DNA from: Clostridia bacterium
Lineage (GTDB): Bacteria > Bacillota > Clostridia > Oscillospirales > CAG-382
Direction of reading: 5' to 3'
DNA: 64,000 bases
NCBI GenBank assembly: GCA_017560145.1
Contig: JAFYON010000047.1
Span: 2,906 to 66,905 of the forward strand
The notes beneath the pieces were generated by a model, which searched no databases, was not told the origin of the DNA, and saw only the letters and a list, made by a program, of their open reading frames with translations. The position numbers and the translations under genes are program-made. This document shows, piece by piece, positions 9,975 to 19,315 of the stretch. Numbering within the stretch: position 1 is the first letter of the stretch; every line of letters begins with the position of its first letter.

Positions 9975-11423
9975 TTATCTGTTTTTTCTCCAGGTGGAGG
10001 GTGAAAGCGCGATTATAAGCGGGAATATTTCGAGTCTGCCCAAAAGCATCGCAAATGAGAAGATTATCTTTGAAAATCCGCTGTAATCGGCAAATCCGCC
10101 GCAGGGTCCGACCGCGCCGAATCCGGGACCGACGTTATTGAACGTCGTGATAGCGGCGGTGAGGTTCGTTTCAAAGCCGAACGGCTCGAAGCATATCACA
10201 AGGAACACCGCCATTATGCCGATCGCATAGAACGCGAAATAGATCGCCACGCTGCTTGCCGTTTGATCGTCAAGCGGCTTGCCCTCGAACTTAACCGAGC
10301 TTACCGAACGGGGATGAAGCATTCGCTTGAGCTCGCGCAGGATCTGCTTGAACAAAATTACCACGCGTGATATTTTCAAACCGCCTGCGGTCGAGCCTGC
10401 GCATCCGCCGAAGCACATAAGCAAAAGCAAAATGCTCTTTGAAAGCGAAGGCCACAAATTGAAATCTGCCGTGGAAAAGCCCGAGGTCGTTATGATCGAC
10501 GAGGCTTGGAAATATGCCAATCTGAGAGAATCGGCAAGGCTTTGCTGATCGGGATAGATGTTTGCGGTTATGATCGCAACCGAAGCCGCAACTATTCCAA
10601 GATAGACCCAAAGCTCGGTACTGCGGAAGACCGGCTTCGGTCTGCGGATGATCAAAAGGAAATAAAGGTTAAAATTGATTCCGAACAGAAGCATAAAGGT
10701 CGCGATAACGTTTTGCGAATAGGGACTGTAGCTTGCAACGCTGTCTGCCTTAATGCCGAATCCGCCCGTACCTGCCGAGCCGAAGGTGTGGATAACGCTT
10801 TCAAAAAGATTCATATCGCCGACCCAAAGCATCAAAATCTGCGCGAAGGTCATAACGATATAGATAAGATACAAAATTTTTGCCGTATCGCGTCCGCGCG
10901 GCACAAGCTTGCCGACTGTTGGGCCCGGCATTTCCGCGCGCATAAGGTGGATCGATCGGTCGGTCATATTCGAAACGATCGCCATAACGAACACAAGAAC
11001 ACCCATACCGCCGATCCAGTGAGTAAAGCTTCGCCAGAAGAGCATACTGTAGCTCATAGCCTCGACGTCGCGCAATATCGAAGCGCCCGTCGTGGTAAAG
11101 CCGCTTACCGTTTCAAAGATCGCATCGATATACGACGGTATTTCGCCGCTCAGCGTAAACGGCAGAGCGCCGACGACCGACATACAGATCCACGCAACGG
11201 TTACGATCGCAAAGCCCTCCTTGGCGTATATTACCTTGTTTTTCGTTCGGCATACAAGCGAGATAAGCGTGCCTGCGGCAACCGCAAGCGCGGCGGTTAT
11301 CAAAAACGCCCAAAGCTGCTTATATTCGCCATAGATGATTGCCACCACGGCGGGCAACAGCAGCAAAAGCGCCGCTATCTGCCCAATACGGCCGAACATA
11401 TAAAATACCATTTTACGGTTCAT
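9975..11423 (-). CDS. trkH: TrkH/KtrB-family potassium uptake membrane subunit
   Basis: 482 aa. Repeated pore-loop motifs (SGFTTTG, SAGTGGFG, TTSGFST, STAGGLK). Confidence 0.85.
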   Translation of the reverse strand: MNRKMVFYMFGRIGQIAALLLLLPAVVAIIYGEYKQLWAFLITAALAVAAGTLISLVCRTKNKVIYAKEGFAIVTVAWICMSVVGALPFTLSGEIPSYIDAIFETVSGFTTTGASILRDVEAMSYSMLFWRSFTHWIGGMGVLVFVMAIVSNMTDRSIHLMRAEMPGPTVGKLVPRGRDTAKILYLIYIVMTFAQILMLWVGDMNLFESVIHTFGSAGTGGFGIKADSVASYSPYSQNVIATFMLLFGINFNLYFLLIIRRPKPVFRSTELWVYLGIVAASVAIITANIYPDQQSLADSLRLAYFQASSIITTSGFSTADFNLWPSLSKSILLLLMCFGGCAGSTAGGLKISRVVILFKQILRELKRMLHPRSVSSVKFEGKPLDDQTASSVAIYFAFYAIGIMAVFLVICFEPFGFETNLTAAITTFNNVGPGFGAVGPCGGFADYSGFSKIIFSFAMLLGRLEIFPLIIALSPSTWRKNR

Positions 11424-11438
11424 AGCTGTTCCGCCCTT

Positions 11439-12800
11439 TTATTCAAGAATATCGTCGAGGTCGATCACCTGATTGCCCGAGGCGATAACGACGACTCTGT
11501 CGCCTGCTTGGATCTCGTCCATACCGCCGGGGATGATCGCCTTTCGTCCGCGAACGATACCCGCAATAATTATATTCGGCTTCAACCGCATATCCTTAAG
11601 CGGTGTTTTAAGTCCCTTAAAGTCCTTGCTTACGTTAAATTCAAGCGCCTCAACGCTTTCGTCCATAAGCTTGTAAAGAGTTTCAATGCTATTACTGCTC
11701 TGAGAGTTGTTAAGCGCTCTTGCATAACGCGCAAGCACGTAGGAAATGGTTCTCTTGGGAGAAACGATACAGTCAAGACCAAGCTTGTCCGCCATTATCG
11801 CAAGCTCGTTGCGGTTTACCTTTGAAATAACCTTGGGAACGTTTTGTGATACGGCGAAGATGGAAATAAGTATGTTAAGCTCGTCCATACCCGTAAGAGC
11901 AACGAATGCATCGACCGAGCCCAAGCCCTCCTCGAGCAAAAGCTCCTGCTGGGTACCGTCGCCGCAAATAACGACCGCATCGGGAAGCTCCTCGGCAAAG
12001 GAACGGCAAACGCGCTCGTCCTTGTCGATAACGATAACGCGGTTACCGCTGTTCAAAAGACGCTTTGCAAGATAATATGCGGTACGGCTCGCACCGAGGA
12101 TCATAACGCTTTTTGCCGATTTCTGATCCAATCCGAGCATTTTAAAAAGCTTTTGTATTTCCGAGCCGGAGGCGGTTATACCGATCTTGTCACCGCTCTT
12201 GAGCACGAAATTACCGTCGGGGATATAAACCTCATCGCCGCGTTGCACCGCGCAGATAAGGTATTGTGCCTTGTATTTACGGCGAAGCTCAATAAGCGAA
12301 AGGCCGTCGAGAAGCGATTGCTGCTTCAAGCGAAGCTCGACCATTTCCAAATTGCCGCCCGAAAAGCTTTCGATATTAACCGCGGCAGGCATTTTTAAAA
12401 TATTAAAAAGCTCCTTCGCAGACATCCATTCGGGGTTTAACGAAACGGTAAGCTTTAATTGCTTGCTGAGAAAATCAAGGCTTTTATCATTATATTCGGG
12501 ATTTCGGATACGTGCAATGGTGTGCTTTGCGCCCATACGCTCCGCAACGAAGCAGGCGAGCATATTCAGCTCGTCGGAGCTTGTAACGGCAACAAAAAGA
12601 TCCGCCTTGGAAACACCTGCTTCCTCAAGCGTTTCGGTGTCGGCACCGTTGCCGCAAACACACATAACGTCATAAACGTTGCCTATTTCTTCAATAACCG
12701 AGGGCGAGGAATCGACCGCAACAACGTCGTTACCCTCTCCGACAAGGCTTGAAATTATCGAGGCGCCTATCTTACCGCACCCGACGATGATCATCTTCAT
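11439..12800 (-). CDS. trkA: TrkA potassium uptake NAD-binding subunit (double RCK)
   Basis: Two Rossmann G-x-G-x-x-G repeats (IIVGCGKIG and MILGASRTA). Start set to the ATG at 12800 after RBS GGAGG. The track start at 12890 reads through the promoter. Confidence 0.85.
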   Translation of the reverse strand: MKMIIVGCGKIGASIISSLVGEGNDVVAVDSSPSVIEEIGNVYDVMCVCGNGADTETLEEAGVSKADLFVAVTSSDELNMLACFVAERMGAKHTIARIRNPEYNDKSLDFLSKQLKLTVSLNPEWMSAKELFNILKMPAAVNIESFSGGNLEMVELRLKQQSLLDGLSLIELRRKYKAQYLICAVQRGDEVYIPDGNFVLKSGDKIGITASGSEIQKLFKMLGLDQKSAKSVMILGASRTAYYLAKRLLNSGNRVIVIDKDERVCRSFAEELPDAVVICGDGTQQELLLEEGLGSVDAFVALTGMDELNILISIFAVSQNVPKVISKVNRNELAIMADKLGLDCIVSPKRTISYVLARYARALNNSQSSNSIETLYKLMDESVEALEFNVSKDFKGLKTPLKDMRLKPNIIIAGIVRGRKAIIPGGMDEIQAGDRVVVIASGNQVIDLDDILE

Positions 12801-12842
12801 ATAAAACCTCCGATAAAACGGAAACTTATGCAATTTTTCAGT

Positions 12843-12871
12843 ATTATAACACATTAAATCAATAAAATCAA
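12843..12871 (-). promoter_or_regulatory. Promoter of trkA-trkH
   Basis: Reverse strand: TTGATT, 17 nt, TGTTATAAT (extended -10), about 40 nt upstream of the trkA ATG. Confidence 0.6.
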
Positions 12872-12874
12872 CTC

Positions 12875-12902
12875 TTGACTTCTTGCGCATTTTGCATATA
12901 AT
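12875..12902 (+). promoter_or_regulatory. Promoter of the FMN riboswitch-ribU unit
   Basis: TTGACT (12875-12880), 16-nt spacer, TATAAT (12897-12902), just upstream of riboswitch P1. Confidence 0.65.
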
Positions 12903-12908
12903 ATATTA

Positions 12909-13090
12909 TGTCTTCGGGGCGGGGTGAAATTCCTCACCGGCGGTAAAGTCCGCGAGCGTAATGCACGATCCGGTGTGATTCCGGAACCGATCGTAAAGTC
13001 GAGATGAGAGAAGAACGTTAATATAACGGCTTTTTGCCGCTTTTTGACATGTTTTACCCCCGAAGGAATTTCCTTTTCGGGGGTTTTTGT
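12909..13090 (+). promoter_or_regulatory. FMN riboswitch (RFN element) with terminator expression platform
   Basis: The sequence TCTTCGGGGCGGGGTGAAATTCCTCACCGGCGGTAAAGTCCGCGAGC...GATCCGGTGTGATTCCGGAACCGATCGTAAAGTCGAGATGAGAGAAGA matches the conserved RFN core. P1 pairs TCTTC (12911-12915) with GAAGA (13010-13014). It is followed by the hairpin CCCCCGAAGG...CCTTTTCGGGGG plus a T-run at 13057-13088. Confidence 0.9.
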
Positions 13091-13091
13091 T

Positions 13092-13751
13092 ATGAAAAAA
13101 AGCATTGATATTAAAAAACTGACCGTCGGCGCAATGCTTTGTGCGCTTGCCTATATCGTTATGGCGATCGGCCGCGTTCCCGTGGTTTTGTTTTTGAGCT
13201 ACGATCCCAAGGACGTTATTATCGCCCTTGGCGGATTGATCTGGGGGCCGATGATGTCATTTGTCGTGTCGCTTGTCGTTTCCTTTATCGAAATGATAAC
13301 CGTAAGCGATACCTCGTGGATCGGATTTATAATGAACGTTATTTCGACCTGCTCGTTCGCCTGCACGGCAGCGTTTATTTACAAGAAAAAACGCACACTT
13401 TCGGGAGCGGTCATCGGTCTTGTCGCGGGTATGGTTTTTGCGGTTTCGATTATGATGCTTTGGAACTATCTTATCACTCCGCTTTATATGGGTTACCCTC
13501 GCGAAGCGGTGGTTGCGTTGCTCGTCCCCGCGTTTTTGCCCTTTAACCTTTTAAAAGTCGGCTTGAACGGAGCGCTCACCTTCCTGCTTTACCGTCCGAT
13601 CGTTTCTGCGCTTAAAAACACGGGATTTATCGATAAATCAAAAAGCAAGAACGCCGAAAATCGCAAAACCAACGTCGGGCTCATCCTTGTTGCTTTCGCG
13701 GTTTTGATCACCTGCATATTATTTATTCTTTCTTTGAACGATATCATATAA
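13092..13751 (+). CDS. ribU: Riboflavin transporter, ECF S-component RibU-like
   Basis: Roughly 219-aa membrane protein directly behind the FMN riboswitch. ATG at 13092. The track start at 13044 lies inside the terminator. Confidence 0.8.
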   Translation: MKKSIDIKKLTVGAMLCALAYIVMAIGRVPVVLFLSYDPKDVIIALGGLIWGPMMSFVVSLVVSFIEMITVSDTSWIGFIMNVISTCSFACTAAFIYKKKRTLSGAVIGLVAGMVFAVSIMMLWNYLITPLYMGYPREAVVALLVPAFLPFNLLKVGLNGALTFLLYRPIVSALKNTGFIDKSKSKNAENRKTNVGLILVAFAVLITCILFILSLNDII

Positions 13752-13754
13752 AAC

Positions 13755-13797
13755 AAAAAAGCGGAAAGGGAGAAAATCTCTTTCCGCTTGTTTTTTA
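13755..13797. terminator. Bidirectional intrinsic terminator (ribU / esterase gene)
   Basis: AAAAAAGCGGAAAG...CTTTCCGCTTGTTTTTT. Confidence 0.75.
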
Positions 13798-14640
13798 TAC
13801 GATATTATAGGTCTTCATACAATGGCGCTTGATAAGAATATAGTCATAGGTGTCGGTCTCGCCGTTTTGGTTCACGTCGGCGGAAAGCAATTGCGTTTTG
13901 CCCAAAATGACGGTCTTCATATAAATACGCTTTACGAGAATGTAATCGTATCGGTCGATTATGCCGTCGAAATTAACGTCGCCGCGCCAAAGGCTCTGGT
14001 AAGCCTTCATCACAACCTCGGCATACATCTTGTATCCCGTACCGTTGGGATGCACTCCGTCGGGGAAATATTTTTCATACCCGTCGATCGACTTGAAATA
14101 ACCGTTTAGGTCGGCGATCGCAACGCCCTTTTCGGTTGCTACCTCCAAGCAGGCTTCGGCATAAAGGGTCACGATCCCGTTCGGTCCGCCATAGGGCTCG
14201 AACGGCTCTGCTTCGTGCCTCGTCAGATATTGCTCGTCAACAACGGGCGTGGGAATATTAACGATAACCCTTGCGCCGATTTTTTTGCATTCGTCGATAA
14301 AATAAGCCATATTCGCCTTATATGTGTCGATATCGACGTAGCGCGCCATATCGATCGCGCAGTCGTTAACGCCCAAGCTTATAAAAACGATATCGGGGTT
14401 GCGGTCAAGAACGTCTTTTTTAAAGCGAGTCTTTGCGGTGTTCGTCGTATCACCGCCGACGCCCGCATTGATTATATAGATGCCGTAAAAGGGTTCGATG
14501 TATTTTTGCCATTCGCCGGCCGCTGTAATGCTGTCGCCGAACGCAATAACCGTAAACGTCTCGCCGCCTGCAAGACAGTAAAAAGGAAAGACCGATGCAA
14601 TTATCAGAAGCGAAACGAGAAAACACAAAAGCTTTTTCAT
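13795..14640 (-). CDS. SGNH/GDSL esterase with C-terminal type-I dockerin
   Basis: Signal peptide MKKLLCFLVSLLIIASVF. SGNH blocks FGDSIT, GVND and DGVHPN. Two Ca-binding dockerin segments, DVNFDGIIDRYDYILVKR and DVNQNGETDTYDYILIKR. Start at 14640 after GGAGGTG. Confidence 0.8.
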   Translation of the reverse strand: MKKLLCFLVSLLIIASVFPFYCLAGGETFTVIAFGDSITAAGEWQKYIEPFYGIYIINAGVGGDTTNTAKTRFKKDVLDRNPDIVFISLGVNDCAIDMARYVDIDTYKANMAYFIDECKKIGARVIVNIPTPVVDEQYLTRHEAEPFEPYGGPNGIVTLYAEACLEVATEKGVAIADLNGYFKSIDGYEKYFPDGVHPNGTGYKMYAEVVMKAYQSLWRGDVNFDGIIDRYDYILVKRIYMKTVILGKTQLLSADVNQNGETDTYDYILIKRHCMKTYNIV

Positions 14641-14783
14641 AAAAACACCTCCATGCATAAATATTATACCCGTTTTTAACATTATTCGCAACCGTTTTTT
14701 TGTAAAACTATTGAAAAAAAGAAATATAAATGTTATTCTAAAGGCAGAACCGAAAACATAACGATCGAAAGGAACTTTTTGAT

Positions 14784-15755
14784 ATGCTTAAGCCCATTGT
14801 CGGTACTTGGTTTGAATTCCAACACCACAACATCCCCGAAGGAAAATATTGGAACCCTATTTGCCGTTGGTTCTCCGACGAGCAATGGGAAGCAAAGGTT
14901 GACGAAATTGCAGAGCTCGGTATGAAATACATCGTCCTCCTTACCACCGCTCAGGTTTATGAGGATGGCAACAGATTTGCATACTTCAACACCGATATTT
15001 ATCCCTTCTTTGATATGGGTGCAAAGGATCCTATGGGTGCACTCCTCCGCGCCGCTGAAAGAAACGGTATTAAGGTTTTCGTTTCCTGCGGTTATTACGG
15101 CAGCTGGAACCAGACCCGCAACAATATGATCAGCCCCGAGGTTACCGCTCGCGCATTCAAGGCAATGGAACAGCTTTATGCACAGTACGGTCACTATAAG
15201 TCCTTCTATGGCTGGTATCTCCCCGATGAAACCGGTATTTACCCCTATTACGAAGAAGACTTCATCACCTACGTAAATAACTATTCCGCTTTCGCAAAGA
15301 CTATCGATCCCAAGCACAAGATCCTTATCGCTCCTTACGGCACAAACCACCTTATTGCAGACGATAAATATATCGCTCAGCTCGAAAGAATCGATTGCGA
15401 CATTATCGCATATCAGGATGAAATCGGCGTTCGCAAGTCGAAGCCCGAGGAAACCCCTGCATTCTACGAAGCACTCCGCAAGGCACACGACAAAGCGGGC
15501 AGATCTGCACTTTGGGCAGATATGGAGGTGTTCGAATTCGAGGGCGACGTTTACAGAAGCGCTCTTTATGCGGCTGATATGGAAAGAATCGACCGTCAGA
15601 TCAAGAGCATCTCTCCCTACGTTGACGAAATTCTTATTTATCAGTATCAGGGTATGTTCAACAAGCCCGGTACTACCGCTTATATGGGTCACCCCGATTC
15701 TGTCAAGCTCTATCAGGACTACGTTGCTTGGCTTAAAAAGAACGGCCTTAAATAA
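14784..15755 (+). CDS. DUF4434-like putative glycoside hydrolase
   Basis: 323 aa. The N-terminus IVGTWFEFQHHN and TIM-barrel-like alternation resemble DUF4434. Family call is from memory. Confidence 0.5.
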   Translation: MLKPIVGTWFEFQHHNIPEGKYWNPICRWFSDEQWEAKVDEIAELGMKYIVLLTTAQVYEDGNRFAYFNTDIYPFFDMGAKDPMGALLRAAERNGIKVFVSCGYYGSWNQTRNNMISPEVTARAFKAMEQLYAQYGHYKSFYGWYLPDETGIYPYYEEDFITYVNNYSAFAKTIDPKHKILIAPYGTNHLIADDKYIAQLERIDCDIIAYQDEIGVRKSKPEETPAFYEALRKAHDKAGRSALWADMEVFEFEGDVYRSALYAADMERIDRQIKSISPYVDEILIYQYQGMFNKPGTTAYMGHPDSVKLYQDYVAWLKKNGLK

Positions 15756-17320
15756 TGGTACGGCTTAATTTAGAGCGTTCTCCGCACGAGGACGCTCTTC
15801 CTCTTGAAAAATATATTTCACAAATCGTTTCCATGCCTATCGGCGGCTTTGATTTCGAGATCCGCAAAAAATCGGTCGACGCGCGCCGCAACCGCGTTAA
15901 GCTTGTTTATACGGTTGACGTTTTTCTTCATTCGGGCGACGAGGCAAAAATCGCATCGCAATGCGGCGGCACCGTTGTAGAATCGGAGGAGGAATATACC
16001 TTCCCCAAAGCAAGCGGCACCCCGAAAAAGCGCCCGATCATCGCAGGCTTCGGTCCTGCCGGTATTTTCGTCGCGCTTTGCCTTGCAAGATCGGGTATGC
16101 GCCCTATCGTGCTTGAGCGCGGCAAGGCGGTCGAGGAGCGAAAGATCGACGTCGACGAATTTTTCTCGGGCGGTAAATTGAACGAAAACTCCAACATTCA
16201 ATACGGCGAAGGCGGTGCAGGCGCATTTTCCGACGGCAAGCTCAACACGCTCGTCAAGGACAAAAGCTTCCGCGGACAGTACGTTTTAAACGAGCTCGTC
16301 AAGGCAGGCGCGCCGAAGGAAACGCTTTATATTGCAAAGCCGCATATCGGAACCGATCTTTTGCGCGGCGTTGTGAGCAACATCCGCAAGGAGATCATTT
16401 CGCTCGGGGGCGAGATACGCTTTGGCTCGTCGCTTGTCGATATCCGCACCGAGGGCGACAGACTCGCTTCTGTGATCACCTCGGACGGAGAGATAGAAGC
16501 CGACACGCTCTTTCTTGCAACGGGACAGTCGGCAAGAAATATTGCCGAGATGCTTTATTCCCACGGCGCCGAGCTTGAAAGAAAGCCCTTTTCGGTCGGA
16601 TTCCGCATTGAGCATCCGCAAAGATCCATTGATATTTCGCAATACGGCGATGGCGACCATCTTCGCTTTTTGCCTCCTGCCGAATACAAGCTATTCACGC
16701 ATTGCAAAAACGGCAGAACCGTTTACAGCTTTTGTATGTGCCCGGGCGGACACGTTGTTGCCGCGGCAAGCGAAAACGAGCGCCTTGTTACAAACGGTAT
16801 GAGCTACCACGCGCGCGACGGAAGAAACGCCAACAGCGCCATCCTATGCGAGATACTTCCCGAAGATCTCGGCGACGGCATTTTTGCAGGCTATGATTAC
16901 CGTGAACGCCTTGAAAGAGCCGCGTTTGAAATGGGCGGAGGCGATTTTACCGCACCTGCGATGACCGTAGGCGATTATCTTGGAAAAGGCAAGGGCAAGG
17001 CGGATATTATCCCGACATATCCGCGCGGAGTTAAATATTGCGATATTTCAAAGCTCTTTTCAAGTGAGATCAACGATTCCTTCCGCGAAGCCCTCGTTGC
17101 CTTCGGCAAAAAGATAAAGGGCTTTGATTCAAGCGGTGCGATAATGACCGCGGTCGAAAGCCGCACGAGCTCGCCGATCCGCATAAAGCGCTTTGACGAC
17201 AGACAAAGCAACGTAAAGGGTGTTTATCCCTTGGGCGAGGGCGCGGGATATGCAGGCGGTATCATCTCCGCCGCTATCGACGGCGTGCGCTCTGCCGAGG
17301 AATACGTTTTAAACGTGTAA
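15755..17320 (+). CDS. FAD-dependent dehydrogenase (COG2509-like)
   Basis: 521 aa with dinucleotide-binding motif IIAGFGPAGIFVAL. Its ATG shares a base with the upstream stop (TAATG). Confidence 0.75.
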   Translation: MVRLNLERSPHEDALPLEKYISQIVSMPIGGFDFEIRKKSVDARRNRVKLVYTVDVFLHSGDEAKIASQCGGTVVESEEEYTFPKASGTPKKRPIIAGFGPAGIFVALCLARSGMRPIVLERGKAVEERKIDVDEFFSGGKLNENSNIQYGEGGAGAFSDGKLNTLVKDKSFRGQYVLNELVKAGAPKETLYIAKPHIGTDLLRGVVSNIRKEIISLGGEIRFGSSLVDIRTEGDRLASVITSDGEIEADTLFLATGQSARNIAEMLYSHGAELERKPFSVGFRIEHPQRSIDISQYGDGDHLRFLPPAEYKLFTHCKNGRTVYSFCMCPGGHVVAAASENERLVTNGMSYHARDGRNANSAILCEILPEDLGDGIFAGYDYRERLERAAFEMGGGDFTAPAMTVGDYLGKGKGKADIIPTYPRGVKYCDISKLFSSEINDSFREALVAFGKKIKGFDSSGAIMTAVESRTSSPIRIKRFDDRQSNVKGVYPLGEGAGYAGGIISAAIDGVRSAEEYVLNV

Positions 17321-17326
17321 AACAAC

Positions 17327-17358
17327 AAAAGACTACTCCGAAAGGAGTAGTCTTTTTT
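17327..17358. terminator. Bidirectional intrinsic terminator (FAD enzyme gene / radC)
   Basis: AAAAGACTACTCC-GAAA-GGAGTAGTCTTTTTT. Confidence 0.8.
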
Positions 17359-17359
17359 A

Positions 17360-18043
17360 TTACTTTTCGGGGTTCATTATTCCCATAACTCCGTCCTTGC
17401 CGACGATATAATGCTCGAGCAATTCGATTTCGTTGGCGGCAAGATGCGCCGCAATGCGTTTTGTCGAAATAATATCGTCAAACGAGGGGATAATGCTACC
17501 GCTGGGGTGGTTGTGTGCAAGAACAACGGCCTTTCCGCCAATGCGTATGATGCCCTCGGTCACGGCGCGAAGCGAAAACTTTGCCGAGCTGATCCCACCG
17601 CGGAAAATAACCTGCTTGCCGATATATTCGCCTTCTGCGTCAAAATAAAGGGCGTAAACGGTTTCGTTGGTTCTTTCACGGTAAAGGTCGGTCAGATATT
17701 CCTTCAGCTTTTCACCCTCGAGCAGATCCCTGTCGCCGATGCAAACGCCGGTACGCGCAAATATCTCGCCGAGAAGCGAAAACAAAACTCTTGCGCCGTC
17801 CTTTAACATGGGGACCGACGTCAATTCATCAAGATCGGCACGGATAACTCCGTTAAGCGAACCGAATTTTTGAATAAGCGCTTTGGCGATCGGCCTTGTA
17901 TCGGCACGCGGAACCGCATAAAAAAGCAGCATTTCAAGCAATTCGACGTCGCTGAAAATTTTCGCACCTTCGGAAAGAAGCCGCTTTTTACAACGGCTTC
18001 TGTGTCCTAAGATATCGTTTGCTTTGTCTTTTTCGGCTTGCAT
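17360..18043 (-). CDS. radC: RadC-family JAB-domain protein
   Basis: 227 aa with the JAMM-like motif LAHNHPSG and RadC-like N-terminal HhH region. Confidence 0.85.
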   Translation of the reverse strand: MQAEKDKANDILGHRSRCKKRLLSEGAKIFSDVELLEMLLFYAVPRADTRPIAKALIQKFGSLNGVIRADLDELTSVPMLKDGARVLFSLLGEIFARTGVCIGDRDLLEGEKLKEYLTDLYRERTNETVYALYFDAEGEYIGKQVIFRGGISSAKFSLRAVTEGIIRIGGKAVVLAHNHPSGSIIPSFDDIISTKRIAAHLAANEIELLEHYIVGKDGVMGIMNPEK

Positions 18044-19233
18044 TATTTTGCTTCGGAAACGATCTGCATCGTATCGGATGCGATAACAAGCTCTTCGTTG
18101 GTGGGGATTACGAGCACCTTAACCTTGGAATCGTCAGCGGTGATATCCACACAACCGCGAGTGTTGTTCTTTTCGGGATCGATCTTAATTCCGTAGTAAT
18201 CCATATTTTCAAGTGCAAGAGCACGAAGACGTGCATCGTTTTCGCCAACGCCTGCGGTGAATACAACACAGTCAAGGCCGTTCATTGCAGCGGTGTAGGA
18301 GCCGATATATTTCTTGATTTGGTATGCAAGAATGTTGTATGCAAGCTCTGCGCGCTTGTTGCCCGAGTCGATAGCCGCGGTAATTTCGCGAAGGTCGCTC
18401 GAAACGCCGGATACGCCCAAGAAGCCGCAATTTTTGTTCATCCAGTTACCCATTTCGTTAACGGGAATATTTTCCTTTTCCATAACAAAGGGAACGACCG
18501 CAGGGTCGATAGCGCCGCAGCGCGAGCCCATAATAACGCCTTCAAGGGGGGTGAAGCCCATCGAGGTGTCGATACACTTGCCTGCGTCAACAGCGGTGAT
18601 CGAGGAACCATTGCCGAGGTGGCAGGTAACGATCTTCGCGTTGGGGTTTCCGAGATATTCGATAGCCTTGCCCGAAACGTAACGGTGCGAGGTGCCGTGG
18701 AAGCCGTAACGGCGGATGTTGTGCTTCTGAGCAACCTCGTAGTTAATGGGATAGGTATATGCTTCGGGGGGCATGGTTTGGTGAAATGCGGTGTCGATAA
18801 CCAAAACCTGAGGAGTTTCGGGCATTACCTCAAGACAGCCGCGGATACCCAAAAGGTGGGGCACGGTGTGAAGAGGAGCAAGGTCACGGCACTTTTCGAG
18901 GTCTGCGATAACCTCGTCGTTAACAAGCACGCTCTTGATAAGCCAAGGACCGCCGTGGACGATACGGTGACCTACCGCAGAGATAGCCGACATATCGGAA
19001 ATGCAGCCGTGTTCTTTATCTGTAAGAGATTCAACCAATGCCGCAACCGCTTGCGCGTGGGTGGGCATGGGGATATCCTTCTGGATTTTTTCCTTGCCGG
19101 TGGAGGTGTGGGTGAGCTTACCGTCGATACCGATACGCTCGCAAAGACCTTTTGCGGCAACCTCTTGCTTGTCCATATCGAAGAGCTGATACTTAAGCGA
19201 AGAGCTGCCTGCATTTACAACGAGAATATACAT
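18043..19233 (-). CDS. ackA: Acetate kinase
   Basis: 396 aa. ILVVNAGSSSLKYQLF N-terminus and conserved HRIVHGG and GFHGTSH motifs. Confidence 0.95.
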   Translation of the reverse strand: MYILVVNAGSSSLKYQLFDMDKQEVAAKGLCERIGIDGKLTHTSTGKEKIQKDIPMPTHAQAVAALVESLTDKEHGCISDMSAISAVGHRIVHGGPWLIKSVLVNDEVIADLEKCRDLAPLHTVPHLLGIRGCLEVMPETPQVLVIDTAFHQTMPPEAYTYPINYEVAQKHNIRRYGFHGTSHRYVSGKAIEYLGNPNAKIVTCHLGNGSSITAVDAGKCIDTSMGFTPLEGVIMGSRCGAIDPAVVPFVMEKENIPVNEMGNWMNKNCGFLGVSGVSSDLREITAAIDSGNKRAELAYNILAYQIKKYIGSYTAAMNGLDCVVFTAGVGENDARLRALALENMDYYGIKIDPEKNNTRGCVDITADDSKVKVLVIPTNEELVIASDTMQIVSEAK

Positions 19234-19247
19234 AATTACTCCTTAAC

Positions 19248-19276
19248 TTGACATTTTTTATTTTTTTCATTATACT
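19248..19276 (+). promoter_or_regulatory. Promoter of tmcAL
   Basis: TTGACA (19248-19253), 17-nt spacer, TATACT (19271-19276). Confidence 0.6.
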
Positions 19277-19315
19277 ACCTTTATAAATGAAATGCAAGGG
19301 GGTTTTGACGCGAAA

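Noticed and set aside
11439-12890. N-terminal extensions offered by the ORF track for trkA (12890), mnmA (39093), rqcH (45451), the esterase (14691), the solute-binding protein (8311), clpP (6387), the MBL hydrolase (57180), the nitroreductase (59554) and nusB (29007).
   Set aside because: In each case an internal ATG preceded by a GGAGG-like RBS coincides with the conserved family N-terminus or signal peptide. The extensions read through promoters or neighbouring genes.
12854-13105. 83-aa minus-strand ORF, and the 13044 start of the ribU ORF.
   Set aside because: Both run through the FMN riboswitch and its terminator. The RNA element explains the sequence conservation-type features better.
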